From the NCBI GenBank assembly GCA_964035545.1, contig OZ037773.1:4741751-4805750 (forward strand): 64,000 nt of DNA, given 5' to 3'. This document shows positions 39,701 through 52,000 of the stretch, in pieces. The stretch comes from Bugula neritina. Lineage: Eukaryota; Animalia; Bryozoa. Made by a program: the position numbers and the translations under genes. The first letter of the stretch is position 1. Each line of letters starts with the position of its first letter. The notes under the pieces are model-generated. The model was not told where the DNA came from. It did no database searches and saw only the letters and a list, made by a program, of their open reading frames with translations.

Positions 39701-42700
39701 TTCGAAAATAATAAAAAAAAATCTGTAGATATGGAGAAGCCTTCTGCATCTACTGATGAATCCGCTGCAGCATTTCAACCACCAATCAGCAGGAATTCGG
39801 CGGAAAACCTAACAAGAGACGCAATTGCCGCTCTGCCATCACTCACCGAAACTGCGACTTTGTCTGAAAGTCAGACGTCTTTCATGCTCGGTTCCGAGTC
39901 GACGCAATACGAGTACGTCTTACCCATTGGCTCCTCGACATCGGATATGTCGTCACAGAACTCTTCAGCCGATTCTTCTAATACGGAAATAGTTGTGCAG
40001 AAAGTGAGGGCTCCACTTTCCGCAATAATGCAATCTTCTTTCACAAAGACTCCATTTTCGACAGCGCCAGCTTTGCGCCCGACAGCACCCGCGGTGAGCA
40101 TGCCACCGTCGCTTCCACAGTCGAAGGCATCTCCTCTTCCTGTACATACTGTGAACCCAACGGCCAACTCCTCACATTCTCGCTCATCTCACACCTCCTT
40201 GGATACCGTGGCCACTCCTCCCCTACCCACCGCTGTATCCACTTCCACGCCAACTGCAGTATCCATTCCATCAACAGCCGCAACATCATTTATACAAAGG
40301 GATGTTTCTCTCATGGCTGCCAATCCATCAACCAAATCCTCGCTGCCTGTTCCGAACCCTCCCACTACTGACGTTAATGACTTATTGGGTTATAAAGATT
40401 TGACCAAACTCAACTCTGTAGTGTCTTCATTTTACAGTCAGAAAGAGAATGAATCGCTAAGAGTTCTGGAGGTGAGTGAACTTGTTTCTATAACATAGTT
40501 TAGGTTGGTGGAAGCTGGGTACTTCTCTAGTACCGCCAGCTCTGTTCTGGTAAAGTGTCTCTTATATTCTGTACACTTGAATTTAGAATGGTTAGCTTCA
40601 GTTGCTACTTATCTATGATGGGTTAATATTTCTGTGATTTTAGAATAGCGAGATTACTTCCCGATTTTCGCCTGATCCACCTTCATCCGAAGATGAGAAA
40701 CAGAATGATTTCGTTGTTGTTTACAATCCAGCAGAAACTGATGGGAGCCAGAGACACCTTAAGTCTATTATAAGGTATGTCACGTCACACCAGTAGAACA
40801 GTATGTCACGTCACACCAGTATAGCAGCAAGTCACATGATGTTAGTAGTCTAATATGTCTTATGATATCAGTGGTATAGTATGTCACATGACAGTAGATC
40901 TATTTTTGCATCTCAGGAACAACATTGTATTAACCACCCTAGTGCTGTGTACCCTGTGTTAATACTTTTTTCTGCGACATAGAAAGATAAAAATATTCTC
41001 AATTCACTATTTGTAGTTATTGTGTAGTTTAATTACATGTGCTACGCACGAGTATCTATAAGCGTTATGCTTTACTCTGTAGGTCTAAACAGTATGATAG
41101 AACTGATGGGCCAGTTTCGTCTAAGCCTAGTTCTCGCAACGCTCGTCTACACCCCCTGGTCATACTTCTTGATGCAGCTCTCAATGGCTCTGTTGAAGAG
41201 ATCAATGAAATACTTCCAGAGGTGAGGTTCATGCGGAGGTCAATTGTGGACAGCTTATAATGTTTCTTAGTCACTGCATTTATCTGTCTGAAACAAGATG
41301 TTGCGAGTTATGTCCTCCATATTTATCAGCGGTACATCAGCCTACCTGTATTGAAATTATACCAGTTGGCAATTTGTAGTCTAAAAGAATTTCCCCTGGG
41401 TTTAGGTTCTAATTGTAGATGGAGTAATTTAAAGTTAATCTAGTTAGTTCAGTGCTTGATAAAAACCAATTTTATTTCTAATTTTTTATTTAGTTTGGCA
41501 ATAGATTTGCCATATGAATGCTGTTGAGTGTTAAATATGCTTTGAGTTTTTATGTTGTGTCGCAACAAGCAACTTAGGTGGCTCAGCCATAGGAATATTT
41601 TTCAACATTTAGTGTTAAATAAGCTTTAAGTTTTTTTCTCAATAGGAAGCTAGTGTGGCTCAGCGGGCTTTCCCAATAAATCAGAAGATTTTTCAATGTT
41701 TGACTAAACTACTGCATACTATGAGGGTGTGTTTTATATACTGTGCAGGTGGAAGACGCCAGTGCAGCCAATGATGAAGGCATCACTGCCCTGCACAATG
41801 CTATATGTGCCGGGCACATGGAAATAGTTCAGACACTCGTGGAGTACGGCGTGGACGTCAATGTGGTGGACTTGGACGGATGGACACCTCTTCACTGTGC
41901 AGCTTCGTGCAACAACCAGCCAGTGGTTTGTAGATATCTCGTTACTTGTTGGGTCTTTTAAGGCCATCATTTTAGTCTTGTGAAGTAATCTCCTTGCCCA
42001 GTCTGCAAGTGTATATTAGCATGGCTTAGTAATGAGTGTAGGTGACTCACTTTTCATTGTAAAGTGGAGCCAATGCGTATCATCTCTTTTTTTTGGTATC
42101 TTTTGGTCAATTTAAGTAACCTGCAAGCACATTGAGTTCTTGACAAGGGAGGCCAGTAGAATTTAGCAAGTGTTCTCTTACTATTCTAGGTGGAATATCT
42201 CATGTCCAAGGGGGCTGCCATTCTCAGTACGACATTCAGTGATCAGGAAACACCACTAGAAAAATGTGAAGTTGACGAAGAAGGGTATGATGGCACTAGT
42301 CAGTGCTTGCTTGGTGAGTGGCATCATGACATCATAGGTCGACACCTGGTAGACCAGTGTGTATGACATCATGGGTCAGTGCTTGCAGCCTGACTGTCAT
42401 ATTGACACCCAGTGTTTACTGAATCTACACATTATGACATCTTGTATAACTACTTACTAGTTAGACAAAGTATTAGTTCAAGGGTGTCAATAACACAATT
42501 GACACTAAAATGCAGTGTTTGCAAGGTGATTGAAGTTATGGCATCGTGAGCTGGTGCTTGTACATGCTCAAATAGAAGAGCGAGTGTAAAGATATGCCAA
42601 GTAACCATCTCTTTCATTAGGGAGATGAGTGTGGCATATCCTTTAGCTCTAACGTTGAGTGGAACTCACACTGTTAATGTTTTGTACTAATATCACATTT

Positions 42701-42953
42701 GTAGATACTAAAATATATTTATTGCATTATGCTAAAGAATTGTCTGCTCTTTGTAGATGCTGAAAAGCAACTGGGAGTTGCCTTCCCCATATACAGTGTT
42801 TATAACTATGAAGCGGAAAATGATGATGAGCTTAGTCTATCAATTAATCAGAACTTACAGGTTCTCAGGCAAGATGATGAAATAGGGAGCGACTGGTGGT
42901 ACGCCCGAACTGTTGATAACAAGGAAGGTTATGTGGCCAAGTCATTCCTTGCA
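30734..42953 (+). CDS. ASPP-family protein (apoptosis-stimulating protein of p53 / PPP1R13 family), at least 1180 aa; first and last coding exons uncertain
   Basis: Phase-consistent exons: 30734-30936, 34645-34770, 35614-35788, 36239-36339, 36607-36687, 37142-37277, 37369-37548, 37786-37948, 38492-39172, 39423-39524, 39637-40471, 40644-40774, 41083-41221, 41749-41925, 42190-42313, 42757-42953. Motifs: coiled coil ([18 protein letters not shown]), VAAVEPF, ankyrins ([50 protein letters not shown]) and SH3 ([27 protein letters not shown]). Confidence 0.9.
31750..31903 (+). mobile_element. Diverged copy of the roughly 165-bp MITE family
   Basis: TCTAGAT..AAGTGTAGCAAAAGAAGTTA..AATTTCA and the terminal GCACCTAA are shared with the 35144 and 29643 copies. 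Confidence 0.55.
32140..32590. repeat. 22-bp minisatellite (TTCACTGTATAGTATCTACACC)n, about 20 copies, intronic
   Basis: Head-to-tail copies with a 22-bp period and no unique spacers. Confidence 0.95.
35144..35300 (+). mobile_element. Roughly 160-bp MITE with terminal inverted repeats
   Basis: AGGTGCAGTAATTACGGAATTGAGA...TCTCAATTTCTCCACTACTGCTC followed by TTAA; it is the inverted homologue of 29643-29808. Confidence 0.75.
36739..36927. mobile_element. Small MITE-like element with 17-bp TIR
   Basis: CTCCCTCTATATCTCAC (36739-36755) pairs with GTGAGATATATAGGGAG (36911-36927) with one mismatch. There is no clear TSD. Confidence 0.5.
38396..38487. repeat. 13-bp tandem repeat (TTCTGTTGACAC(A/G))x7 abutting a splice acceptor
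   Basis: The direct copies end at ttgcag|38492. Confidence 0.92.
38798..38998 (+). repeat. 33-bp coding minisatellite (11-aa unit [11 protein letters not shown], about 6 copies) in an ASPP exon
   Basis: Translated units: [66 protein letters not shown]. Confidence 0.88.
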
Positions 42954-45099
42954 GTGAGTATATCTAATCTTCTCTGCTAATTTCCACTACCTCACAGTGT
43001 GATCACTAGTCAGTATAATATGATAATATAATACTACCAGTTAGTCATATTATACATCTTCTCTTAGTGCTATTTGATAATAAACATAGAGATGAATATT
43101 TGCTTCTCCAGTATATTATTTTATTATATTAGTGCATTCAGAGTATAGACTTATATAATATCATTAATACTATATTAATAAATATAATAATATATTATTT
43201 TTTCATGTTAGGGGTGTAATGTTAACTTCTTCAATACTGTGAAACCACTTTTTAATTATCAAGGGTTTTTTTTCAAGGTTGTGCCTCTCATTTTTTTCTC
43301 TACTGGCATGACAATCAGGTTGTCCTAATATTTTCACATCGTGTATTTTTAGCTTTCGCCAAGGGTTTTCGGATCTAATAATAGCAGACAGCCCACACTG
43401 GATTCTACCTAACCACATTGTTACCAGTTCTCTTCTGCCTTCACTCTATATATAGATTGGTCTATCCATTTATATTGTTAAGAATTGTGTTATTTATTCT
43501 TGTATTTCACAAGTTGTTGTCAATGATAGTTATATTATGATTGTATATGAAATGGTATATGCCTTGTATATTATGCAATAGACTGTGGAGTAATACGGAA
43601 TGTACATTGTATATTATACTATATGTTGGCTATGCAAGGTGTTTTCTCCTATGCAACTAGTAGTAAATAACTAGTAGGAAGTTCCAATCAGTGGCTTGTA
43701 GTGTCTGCATTTTTTTCATTATGCATATATATTTTTACTATTAGTAATATTGTAATTTCTTATGACTAATGAAGATAGCTGCACATGTATGTAGATTATA
43801 TTTTCCTGAGATTTAAATTGTGTCATATCAGATATAATGTAGACATCTAATAGAATTTCTGTCCATATTGTTTTATTATTTGATTGTTTAGTTTTTGTTG
43901 TCTTACTGAAGAATAATGAAATTATTCTAATTAAAATAAAATGAAAATATTCAATAAATTTTACTATTCTAATTCCAGTTTTATTTATCCTCGGTTTTCT
44001 AATTAATAGTCTAATGTTAAATGCAAGCTACACGCTGCTAGATATATAGTAACTGTCAGCATGTGAACTATAACCTAATAATTCAGGTTTTACTATTTTC
44101 TATGAGAGTTAACAGAGAGTTTCTTGAAAACTGATAGCACATTACAGTTGGAGTTTATCATAGATTACTATTGTTGACCAAAATAAAACAACTTTATGTC
44201 GCGTGTATTAAGGTACTTTAACCAAAGTATTGTCCAACCAATTGTCATGTGACTTGCTCAAAAGTTCTAACTGAATAATAGACACCTTCTTTTTACATAT
44301 CCAAGTCCAAAGTTTATATTTGTTGTTTAGAAATTAGAATGCATAAAACTAATGAGAAGTGAAGAAGCTAATGATTTACATGTTTAAATTGGATAAATGG
44401 TAATATTACATTAACATCTAAAGCAACTTTTTAAGGTTTCATCACAGAAATTTGCAACCTACCTCTTTATTTCTGCTGCTGGGTTTTATAATCCATACAA
44501 CTAAAATAGATCTTCTTTCTTCTCTTATTTGGCTTCAAGAGATGCCTTACAAAGAGCCTTGCTGCTTTATCAACATGTTTACACTCTGTGCTTTCTTCAA
44601 ACTACAATCTACAGTCTAGAATCTAGACCATGGCTACTCATCAAGTTTAGCAGACCTCAGGCTATGTTATCAAAAACTTCTCATCGACATCAGATGCAGG
44701 AAGAATATCAACTTCTCTCATAGAAACCGTGTTCTCTTCAGCAGCAAACACTGTGACCTCATCAATTGCTAGTTTGATTTAGCAACGTTAAAAGCTTGGT
44801 TACTTTATTTATTGGAAAAAGCATGAGCACCAAATTTCCTATCCCAACATCATTGCTTGGTCACCATTTTGCAACATTGCATTAGCTAACTGCTAGGTAA
44901 AATTGGTTAACAGAGAAAAATATGATGTGGACGCAACATAATATTATCTATAATATCATGAACATCACAGCAGAGTTTTCATAGAGTTGTCTGTTCTCTA
45001 TTTTGAATTTTAAAACAAGATTTTTAAATTGAAATTTTTTTAAAATGCAATGCATTTGTAATAAAAATTAAATTACAAAAATTAACTAGTAACAACCTT

Positions 45100-45200
45100 A
45101 TTATTATATCGGCTGTGTAACTATGCCGGCTAAGAACCGGAAACTTCTATTTCCGAAATAATAAAAACATTGGGTTTCGCATCGTGCAGAGTGAAGTCTG
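45100..45200 (+). promoter_or_regulatory. Putative TAMM41 promoter core
   Basis: A CpG cluster with an Ets-like CCGGAA (45137-45142) lies about 1 kb upstream of the ATG. A candidate 5'UTR acceptor tttgtag is at 46170. Confidence 0.4.
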
Positions 45201-46234
45201 GAAATGAATTTTTTTTACAATGAACCCAATAGTAATACAGTTTTGTTTATATTTGTTTAAGTTATTTGTAATTTAGGAATTAAAATTTACATTTTTAAAT
45301 TTTTAGGCTTAGAGTTCACGAGAAAGCCCTAGTCCCTACGCTACTGTAACTCTAACTGACAGTGACGCATCTGTCACTCGGCTACTCCTTCCTTGAGTCC
45401 TAGACTTGAAATTGAAGTTAAAGAGTTAAACTTATAGTTATTGTTAATACTTGAAGTTTAGGGCTAAGCCTAAAACTAACCCTAAGAGTTAAAATTAAAA
45501 CTATTATTACTATTACTAAGAGTGAGAGTGAGGACAAAGCTACTGCTAGCACTACAAAAATTAAATTCATTGTATTTTCAGTTTCAGTTATGAGTTTATG
45601 TTATTTGTCTTTGATTTTGTGCTTTTATTTATTGTTTTGAATTAGGTTAAACCCTTTCCTATTGACGTTTATTTAAGTTGGGGAACCAAAAGCTGTTACA
45701 ATAATAATTGGGAGAAATAACAATTTACTTTCATTTAGTAAAAGTTTTAGTCATTTGCTTTTAATTATTATATTATAAGTATTGGTATAACAATAATAAT
45801 AAATATTATATAATTTTAATATTTATATATATATAAATATTATTCTTTACATAATGATAATTATAATGTCAAACTCAATGTCAGTCATTTAATTTAATGA
45901 TTGAAATTGAATGCTAATCATTATAGCAACAATGAAGTGATTATGATTATCATAATGATAAACTTATAATTTTTTCGGTAACTACTAGTACTACTAGTAC
46001 TACAATTTCAATCTGAATTGTTATAAGGAATCATTCACAACAATTATAATATTTGTATTGATTGTTTGATTGCTTTTCAATCTTTTTAAAATGAATAATC
46101 AGTAGTTCAAAGCTTTTGTTTCTATCCAATACGACTTGTTGAATCAAATGTGTGTGTTTTGTGTTTGTAGATACATGATCCACACATTCTAAGTCAATGG
46201 AGTAAACACTAAACAGTCATATTGGTTTTGTTCA

Positions 46235-48455
46235 ATGGCTAACTTTTTGACTACTTCGCATGAGGTTCTGCAAAGGTTTCCTGTGAAGTACATGCAGTAT
46301 GCTTTTTGCTATGGCTCCGGGGCTTTTAAACAATCGGGTAGCGACATGAAGAGTAATGTGTTGGACTATATATTCGTTGTGAACAATAGTAAAGGGTTTC
46401 ATGCTGACAACATCAAACAGAATCCCAAAGATTACTCCTTCCTTAAATACCTGGGCAGTGATGCAGTGTACAAAGTGCAGGGCACAGGCGTCTACTTCAA
46501 TACTCTGGTGCCGCTAGAAAGTCGTACAATCAAGTATGGTGTTGTGGGCAGTCTCGACTTCAAGTCAGATCTTCTAGGTAATGCAGCTGATTTAGTCTTT
46601 TAGGTACTGAGGCTATGGTGCTCATATAGTCGAGAGTAGGCCGTACCTTTAGATATCCACCAGCTGTTATGGAATAACACTTTGATGATAATGTTACTGA
46701 GTTTGTTGCAACAATTTTAATTGTGATACCCGAAATTTCTATATTTTATAGTTCTCGAGTGATTTTATCAGAAATGTAGATGAATTAGTAAGTAGTTATA
46801 CTTTGCAGTTGTGTAGTAATAATACACAATTTTCAGTGATGTAATTCACTGATTCTTTGTAGAAGTCTATTTTAGTCTATTTAGTTTTGTAATTTGCAAG
46901 AAAATCATGGAAAATGCTCATAAAAGATACAATTTGCTTTTTAACTACTACTAGGACAGTCCCAAGGCTGTTACAAGTGTTGTCAGGGAAAGACAAACCC
47001 ATATTTTGTACTGTCTCGAGATGAACATTTTTCGAGGTGCTGGTTCCTCTCTCAGGGTAGTTATACTGTTTATCTTCTGGTATTCCCTTTGAGTTTGTAG
47101 ACTGGACAACACTTTACTTGAGTGGACGACTCCACAAGCCAGTTCATGTTATACATAGCACCCATGATGCCGCTATAGACGCTGCCATTAGAACCAATCT
47201 CGAAAGCGCTATGCACGCTAGCCTTCTTCTGCTACCAGATTATTTCACAGAAACTCAGCTGTTCCTTACAGTTGCCTCTCTTTCATACAGCGGTTTGTGT
47301 TCACAATTATTCTTTATAGTCTATAGACTTTCTGACTGTACATGAATCAGTTTGATATTTTTTAATTCAATGCTAAATATTGAATTAAAAAATTGAATAT
47401 TTGTATGCAATTCTCTATTTCACAAATAAAGATATTGAGATTATTTAGATTGATGTTTTTAGAAATAATTTTGTTTATCAACTGCTGTTGTTTTCCGTTT
47501 TATATTAAATTTTAATTGATACAATAAACTTTGTAGAACTTAATAATTACTCTTCCAGCTAATGCATATTATTTTGAATAATTTTGTGAAACTTTTGTCA
47601 GTCGGTAGCTGTTTCCCACATAGCAATGATAATTCAACTCTCTTCATTATCAGCTTGAATGTGTTTCTGCAGGAGACTTCAGGATGACAGTAGGGGAAGA
47701 CAAGAACAAAGTGGCTAACATCGTCACCCCAAACCTCCACCATTTCACTCAGCTGTATAAAGAGGTTCTGGAAAATGAAGAACATTTATTATGGAACAAA
47801 GAATCTGGCACGTTTGAACAAGTTCCCAACTTTGCCACCAGGTATGAGACTTGTTGATAGTTGGGAGGGGGTGGTGAGAGCCCCGCCTGCCTTGCTAGAA
47901 ATAGTGTTTAAAGATGTAGTGGCTATCACTTGGAGGCTTCTTTGAATATTTCATTATTTTTTGCTTGTATTGTTTGAAGTTTAATTTAACAATTTTCAGA
48001 TAGTCAGTACAATGTAGTGGGGACTGGTGCTAGTTTGTTGTGATTAATGTTTAACTACTCATCAGTTTTATGCTAAGTTCAAATACAAAGCTTGAAGTTT
48101 GGCCTTCAACTTCTATTAGTAGCCTGAGATGTCACATTAACAAGTCTGACAATCTTTCAGGTTTCACCATCTCAACCAGCTTCCTTGGGGCATACTAGAA
48201 CGACTTGTGCTATATCGTAACAAAGATGGCCGCAGTAGAGATACAGAGGAAGTGATACGTCTGCTGGCAACTGACGAACTAAACTGTGCTGAGGTCGTAT
48301 CAAGGTCAATCAGCGACATAGTTCGAGCATCTAGTTGGAATCAGACTGTAAAGTCAGCGTTGGCTGCTGGTGGCATGAAATCTTTCAGATACGCATCAGC
48401 TAAGCTGAAGAAGATGATAAAGAGTCAAATGCGGTCAATGTTTGGTAGCAGCTAG
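46235..48455 (+). CDS. TAMM41: Mitochondrial phosphatidate cytidylyltransferase Tam41, about 332 aa, 4 exons
   Basis: Exons 46235-46577, 47101-47292, 47673-47841 and 48161-48455 total 999 nt. Motifs include AFCYGSGAFKQ, GVYFNTLV, IKYGVV, DLLDWTTLYLSGRLHKPV and LSYSGDFRMTVGEDKNKVANIV. Confidence 0.96.
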
Positions 48456-49045
48456 CCATGATGATGTCATCAGAATGTGCGGAAAAATCTACTGATTGCA
48501 GCTCAAATTTTTTGACGCAGCTGTTCGACTACGGGACCTTTACGCTGAATTTTAAAAGTGTCAAGAGTAGTGCTTGCTAATTTGAAAGAAGTGTAATTTA
48601 TTTGTAAGCTGACCACAACTTTTGTCAGTTTATGGCCGTGAAAATGAACTGGGAAGTTTTTGTATTGGCTTTTTTTTGTTTGTTTATTATTGAAAAGTTG
48701 TAATACATCAGCATTTCGTGAGAGAAAGATAGAGAATGCGCCATGTAATTCAGTTGTTGATATTTTTCTCAACGCATAAATCTCAAGATGGACACCAGGC
48801 AAGCTGTGGAAAAAATATTTATTACATAAATATCTGTAACATGTAACAACGATCGTAGCAGCTAGATAACCAATATATATAAATACAAATAACATTCAAA
48901 ATTATACCTATAAAATGAAATAAAAATGAAGTAGTAACTAGAAACAATGCAACATGTTAAACATTCAATAAAACGTATTTAAAATAGTGAAATCTGAAAA
49001 TTTACTGAAATACAAATATTTCTACCAAAAAAAGCAGCCAAGATA

Positions 49046-52000
49046 TTATACTTTGGAACACAGGCTGTCTCCGTTACTTTCAGTGTATCCATTCAGCAGA
49101 GGTGTACGAGCTCCGTCATTGCGAAACTCCATCGCATCGTCTTTAAAAGTTGTATGTTTTGGCTTATTATTGTTGTGCTGAGGTACTGAGGCTATGTTGG
49201 CTGAGTTTTCTGTATTTCTATTGGTGAATGTCGGTTCAAGGTCACTGGTGCCTTCCTCTGGTATCGTGGAGACACAATTGGAAGAGCTTCGAAATGCTAA
49301 GGATTTGTGAGAACTTTTGAGTTTCTCCATATTGGCGGTTACCTCAACCTCAGGTCTCTCTCCGAGTAGCCAGTAGGTGGTTACCTTACCCTTGCCCTGT
49401 AAAACATATGGCATTGAAGTTCCCAGGCTAGTTAGTGAAAACTGCTACTATATGTTGAAGTTATTAGTTGGCTAAGCAGCTGAACTGCTAAGTTCTCAAC
49501 ACCAAGCGAGATTGGCGTGTGGTGACAGGATGTTTAGATATTATGACATTATTGGTCTTGGACCAATGAGATGAAAAAAATAGCTGACAGAGGATACGCA
49601 TGAAAACGCATTGCATGTTAAATATCTGTGTCGTACCTTCATTTCTACATCTCCCCGTAATTTCAGTTCAAATGTTCCAAATTTGTCTAAAAGCAACTTA
49701 GTAGATGGGCTGACGTGAATCTTTAAAGCTACAAAATAAAATAATTTCTCACAATTCATTGCGTGTCTGACTATCTATACCATTGCATAACATTCTTGTT
49801 ATTTTCACCATCTTTTGTTGGAACTCCAAGTGAATAATCAATGTTTTGAAAATCTATTATTTTCAAGTGAGTGTAGAACATTCAAAACTTTAGTTACGGA
49901 GTATTGGTGTTTATACTCCTTTCCAGACTTTGTTTATATCTAATTGTGTTTTTATGTACTACTGAAAGCACTAGCTAACATATTTGGTTTGTTGTTTTTT
50001 TACTTTATTCATTTGGTGTAGAGGAGCTCCAACATTTTGCGATCATTATCACACACACCTTATGTTCAAATAATCAAGTATACTATTTTATTTAAGTACA
50101 TATTATAAGTATTTTTCTAAACAATGGCAGTTTTAATTTTCTATAAAAGTGGTTTTTTACCAAACTTGTCATCTAGTTTACCTTCTCCGTTAGACTCCAT
50201 GCGACTAGCAGTGTTGACTGTGTCACCAAAGAGACAATATCGAGGCATCTTCAGACCGACAACTCCAGCACACACCGGCCCCGAGTGCATTCCTATTCTC
50301 AGTTTTAGTTGCTCGTCAGGCCTGGTTATGATAAGAAAACAGATTCTTTACATGCATTCAAAAACCAATAGCATAATTCTGTATCAAACAAAGCTTCTGT
50401 GTAGATAAAAAAACAAATAACATGAAAATTTTATTTTGGAATCATCTATACATCATAGTTTTATGACCTAATTTACAAAAAAAACCATATTTATATTTCA
50501 AAAATTATTTTAATACTTGTGCACATGTGTTTGCATTTAATCACTGGATGTAGCAACACTTGAGCTGATCATAACCTTAAGATCTGTTTTAAATGCAGTC
50601 TTATATCCATAATTAAAAGATTGTGTTTTTGATTTGGAGTTGTCCCATAACTGGCCACTACTGTGCACCAACGAAAAAGAGAAACGATTACTTACTTGTG
50701 CCTAATAGTAAATGTCTTCACTGCTTCTAATAACTTGAGAGACATTCTGGCAATTTCTCGTGCATGATTAATTCCATTCTTGTTTGGCAACCCTGATACT
50801 ACCATATACGCATCACCTATGGTCTCCACCTGTTAGTTTAACAACAAACCTGATACTATCATATATGCATCATGCCTATCTATTAGTTTATCAACAGTGC
50901 TACAGCAGGTAAACCTATATATATGAATGATAGTTCAGTAATACCCCTACTCCAAATGAAAATCAAAATACCTTTCCCATTTAACATTTAAATATGTGCC
51001 GAGCTTGGGTAACAATATGGTTGCTATAACTAGTATAAATTTTATGCAACAGTTGCTTTTCCTTTTTCATTACTCAAATACTTCTAATTGAATTGATCTC
51101 AATCTTTTGCATTTTTTATTTAAGATATTTATGTTTCGAAAACTCTTTACATGCCTGGAGCTGTGCTATAAGTTATTTAAAACTGCTCGACATTCATAAT
51201 TTGATAAACAAACCTTATAGACATCAAGCTCCTCTAGAATATGATCAAATGTTGTGTAGAGATCATTTAGCAGAGCCACGACCTCCATTGGAGAGCTGGC
51301 AGCAGACAAGGCTGTGAAGCCACAGATGTCAGAAAAATAGATTGTCACTTCATCAAACCACTCCGCTTTTACGGAAAGCCCCTACAATATGCCCGACATA
51401 CTCTCACGGAATTGTGGCTACATACGAGTGGACAAGAAAAGTCACAATGGCATTCTCTATAGCAATTTTACACCAGAATCTATATTGATCCAGTGCTTTT
51501 GCATTATCTTAAAATTTAGAAATGGAATAATAAGATACAGCTATAATTTCTAACAGCATGATTTATTTAGTCTTGATAAACCTATACAAGGCCAAGTTAA
51601 TATAATTCTCTGCCTATTGCTAAGCAAAGTACCTTATAAGACAAGTGCAGTAGATGTAGTTGATTTTTATAGCCTTTTAATTTAATGAGCTAGATAAAGT
51701 GAAAAAGTGAATGCCAGAGAGGGTTGTTATGTTAGAACAAAGACTATACACACCTTGACAAGCTGCTCTGCTATACTCTTTGGTAACATCATGTATAGAA
51801 GATCTTCAGCTTTCTGTTTCTGCTCCAGATAGTCGGCAGTTCGCTCTTCCACCAGGGATTCCAGATTATTGGCGTACTGTTCCATACGAGACAACAGGTT
51901 ATCTACCAAATTGCCTCCTTTGGTGTCTGATTGCCTGCAAGTATATAAATTAAATACTTGTAGGGAGCAGCTGTGGTCTAGGGGTTAGAGCTTTTGCCTG

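Noticed and set aside
35457-40289. Minus-strand ORFs at 35457-35798 and 39871-40289
   Set aside because: They are antisense to real ASPP exons and carry no independent signal.
48503-48895. 130-aa minus-strand ORF between TAMM41 and the cyclase
   Set aside because: It lies in a presumed 3'UTR, has low-complexity AT-driven composition and shows no recognisable motif.
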